Below, piece by piece: positions 62,415-64,000 of a stretch of DNA of 64,000 nt. Source of the stretch: Microcystaceae cyanobacterium (GTDB taxonomy: Bacteria; Cyanobacteriota; Cyanobacteriia; Cyanobacteriales; Microcystaceae). A model generated the notes under the pieces. The model saw only the letters and a program-made list of their open reading frames with translations, was not told the origin of the DNA and did no database searches. Both the position numbers and the translations under genes were made by a program. The stretch covers positions 1-64,000 of the forward strand of contig JBGTGT010000085.1 of assembly GCA_041746575.1 (NCBI GenBank), in the 5' to 3' direction. Every line of letters starts with the position of its first letter. Position 1 is the first letter of the stretch.

Positions 62415-63020
62415 TTAATTCTCCTGAAGGTCGCAAGCCATTAAACGCATGGCAAAAAAACAAATCATCTTATTCCCGTAGGGATTACAAAACCAATGTA
62501 AAGGAAGAGAGCCGGGTAGAGAAGAGGAAGAAATTTCTTGGCGATTCCAGTTAAGTTGTTCTCCTTGACCCTGTTGTACGATGCCGACTTTCTCTCGAAA
62601 ACGATGAAGGTACTGTATATCTTGACTTCTGAGAGTATCAATCGTTCCCCCTATCTCTTGGTAAATTTTTAACTTAATGCTGAAACCAAAACGATTCTCG
62701 CTATATTTACGCCATAATTGATCAATCACCCGAATTGCCGTACAGGGAAAGTTTTGTACACACTGGGGGGTTAGCGTTTCATTGGTCTCATGCCCTGCCA
62801 CTTCCAACATCACTTGCGTCGTTGCTAAATCTGCCTCTCGCCATTGTCCAGTTGACAATAATGTTTGGAGTTTTCCATAACGGTAGAAATCGGCTGAACA
62901 CAGTTGCAAGGTCGCAACTTCTTCTTTTAGGGAAGATACTTGTCGAGATAAGTCAACGATTGTTGATTTCAGCGTTTCAAGGTCATCAAAAGATTCCGAT
63001 TCAAATTGAAGATCAGACAT
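62415..63020 (-). CDS. GUN4 domain protein with N-terminal coiled coil
   Basis: LL..GQWREAD..T, FPC, IDQLWRKYS..RFGFS and PG.LP motifs. Confidence 0.85.
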   Translation of the reverse strand: MSDLQFESESFDDLETLKSTIVDLSRQVSSLKEEVATLQLCSADFYRYGKLQTLLSTGQWREADLATTQVMLEVAGHETNETLTPQCVQNFPCTAIRVIDQLWRKYSENRFGFSIKLKIYQEIGGTIDTLRSQDIQYLHRFREKVGIVQQGQGEQLNWNRQEISSSSLPGSLPLHWFCNPYGNKMICFFAMRLMACDLQEN

Positions 63021-63326
63021 AGTGATAGTTCAGTGACCTAAAAAAATGGGTTTACTTAAGATAGCGTATTCAAACCCCGTGAGCAAAGTGTTTTTTAGAG
63101 AGCAAATAAGGTACCATTTTGTCTGGACTTCTAGACACAAAACCCGTTTAGGACTGATACAATTGCCCAATTGAGATTATAATGAACGGCATCTTCAGTT
63201 TGAACAATATCCTAGTGGGCCAACGTTCCACCCCAAGGAATGCGAATTGAAGGCTAGAGCTTAGCTTAGCTTAGGTGAACTCCCCGACCTTATCCCCATC
63301 CCCCTATTGCCCGACTCAACAAGATC

Positions 63327-64000
63327 ATGGTACAACTAGAAACCCACAATCAAATGAGGAGTATGTTTCAAGCGACCACAACAGCGATTTTAGTCATCGG
63401 CGGCGCAGAAGATAAGGTTCACGGACGGGAAATTCTCCAGACCTTCTGGGCAAGAGCGGGAGGAACTGATGCAACCCTTGCCATTATTCCATCAGCGTCG
63501 CGAGAGCCGGTTCTCGTTGGCGAACGCTATTTGACAATTTTTAACGAAATGGGCGCAAAAATTGTCAAAGTTTTAGATGTTCGCGATCGATCTCAGGGAG
63601 AAGACCCCCATTTACAGCAATATATCGAAGAATGTACTGGGGTTTTCCTGACAGGCGGCGACCAACTGCGGCTGTGTGGTCTCTTAGCGGACACCCCCCT
63701 CATGGAGCGAATACGTCAACGAGTTCAATTAGGAGAAATGACCCTCGCAGGGACGAGTGCAGGAGCGGCAGTAATGGGGCATCATATGATTGCAGGGGGT
63801 AGTAGCGGGGAATCTCCCAACCGCGCCCTTGTGGATATGGCCATGGGATTAGGGATTATTCCTGAAGTCATTGTCGATCAACATTTTCATAATCGCAATC
63901 GCATGGCACGCTTATTAAGTGCGGTTTCAACCCACCCCGAACGGTTAGCCATTGGGATTGATGAAGATACTTGTGCTTTGTTTGAGCGAGATGGCTTAAT
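63327..64000 (+). CDS. cphB: Cyanophycinase (partial, runs off window end)
   Basis: Manual translation: LVIGGAEDKVHG, IIPSAS, TGGDQLRL, AGTSAGA, DQHFHNRNRMARL, GIDEDT. Confidence 0.95.
   Translation, partial: MVQLETHNQMRSMFQATTTAILVIGGAEDKVHGREILQTFWARAGGTDATLAIIPSASREPVLVGERYLTIFNEMGAKIVKVLDVRDRSQGEDPHLQQYIEECTGVFLTGGDQLRLCGLLADTPLMERIRQRVQLGEMTLAGTSAGAAVMGHHMIAGGSSGESPNRALVDMAMGLGIIPEVIVDQHFHNRNRMARLLSAVSTHPERLAIGIDEDTCALFERDGL

Noticed and set aside
63150..63185. NtcA site upstream of cphB
   Set aside because: TATAAT is present, but no GTA-N8-TAC with the correct spacing was found.
63258..63273. (GCTTA)3 micro-repeat in the cphB leader
   Set aside because: Too short to distinguish from chance.
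1..64000. CRISPR arrays, tRNA/rRNA genes, prophage, intact IS, and the many short ORFs nested in or antisense to long genes
   Set aside because: No spaced direct-repeat array, cloverleaf, phage structural gene or transposase was seen by eye (tRNAscan and CRISPR finders were not run); the nested ORFs lack motifs and are treated as shadows.

Overview
Chromosomal window from a low-GC cyanobacterium, probably a unicellular Chroococcales-type strain: it carries a cpc operon, cphB and many HIP1 GCGATCGC octamers. Most of it is housekeeping: cpcBACDE, pyk-gpmA-tal, serA, pdhA, hom, bioF, cobK, lipB, upp, lrtA, cphB, transporters and proteases. I saw no rRNA, tRNA, CRISPR array or intact transposase. 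Items missing from or misread by the ORF track: two inverted copies of a ~197-bp MITE with target-site duplications, both inserted beside terminator-like hairpins; a rubredoxin; a 56-aa small ORF; an L-lactate permease broken by one in-frame TAG; and an intergenic patch of gene debris (an alpha/beta-hydrolase relic cut off at a HIP1 site plus a WD40 scrap). The best novelty candidates are an acidic 77-aa protein made of two IF7/GifA-like repeats, an ETR1-type ethylene-binding histidine kinase (Asn variant) divergent from a NarL-type regulator, a DXCF cyanobacteriochrome diguanylate cyclase, and a DUF1517 plus tandem SPFH cluster. None of these can be proven to be a new system from sequence alone. 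All family assignments are by motif recognition, not database searches.
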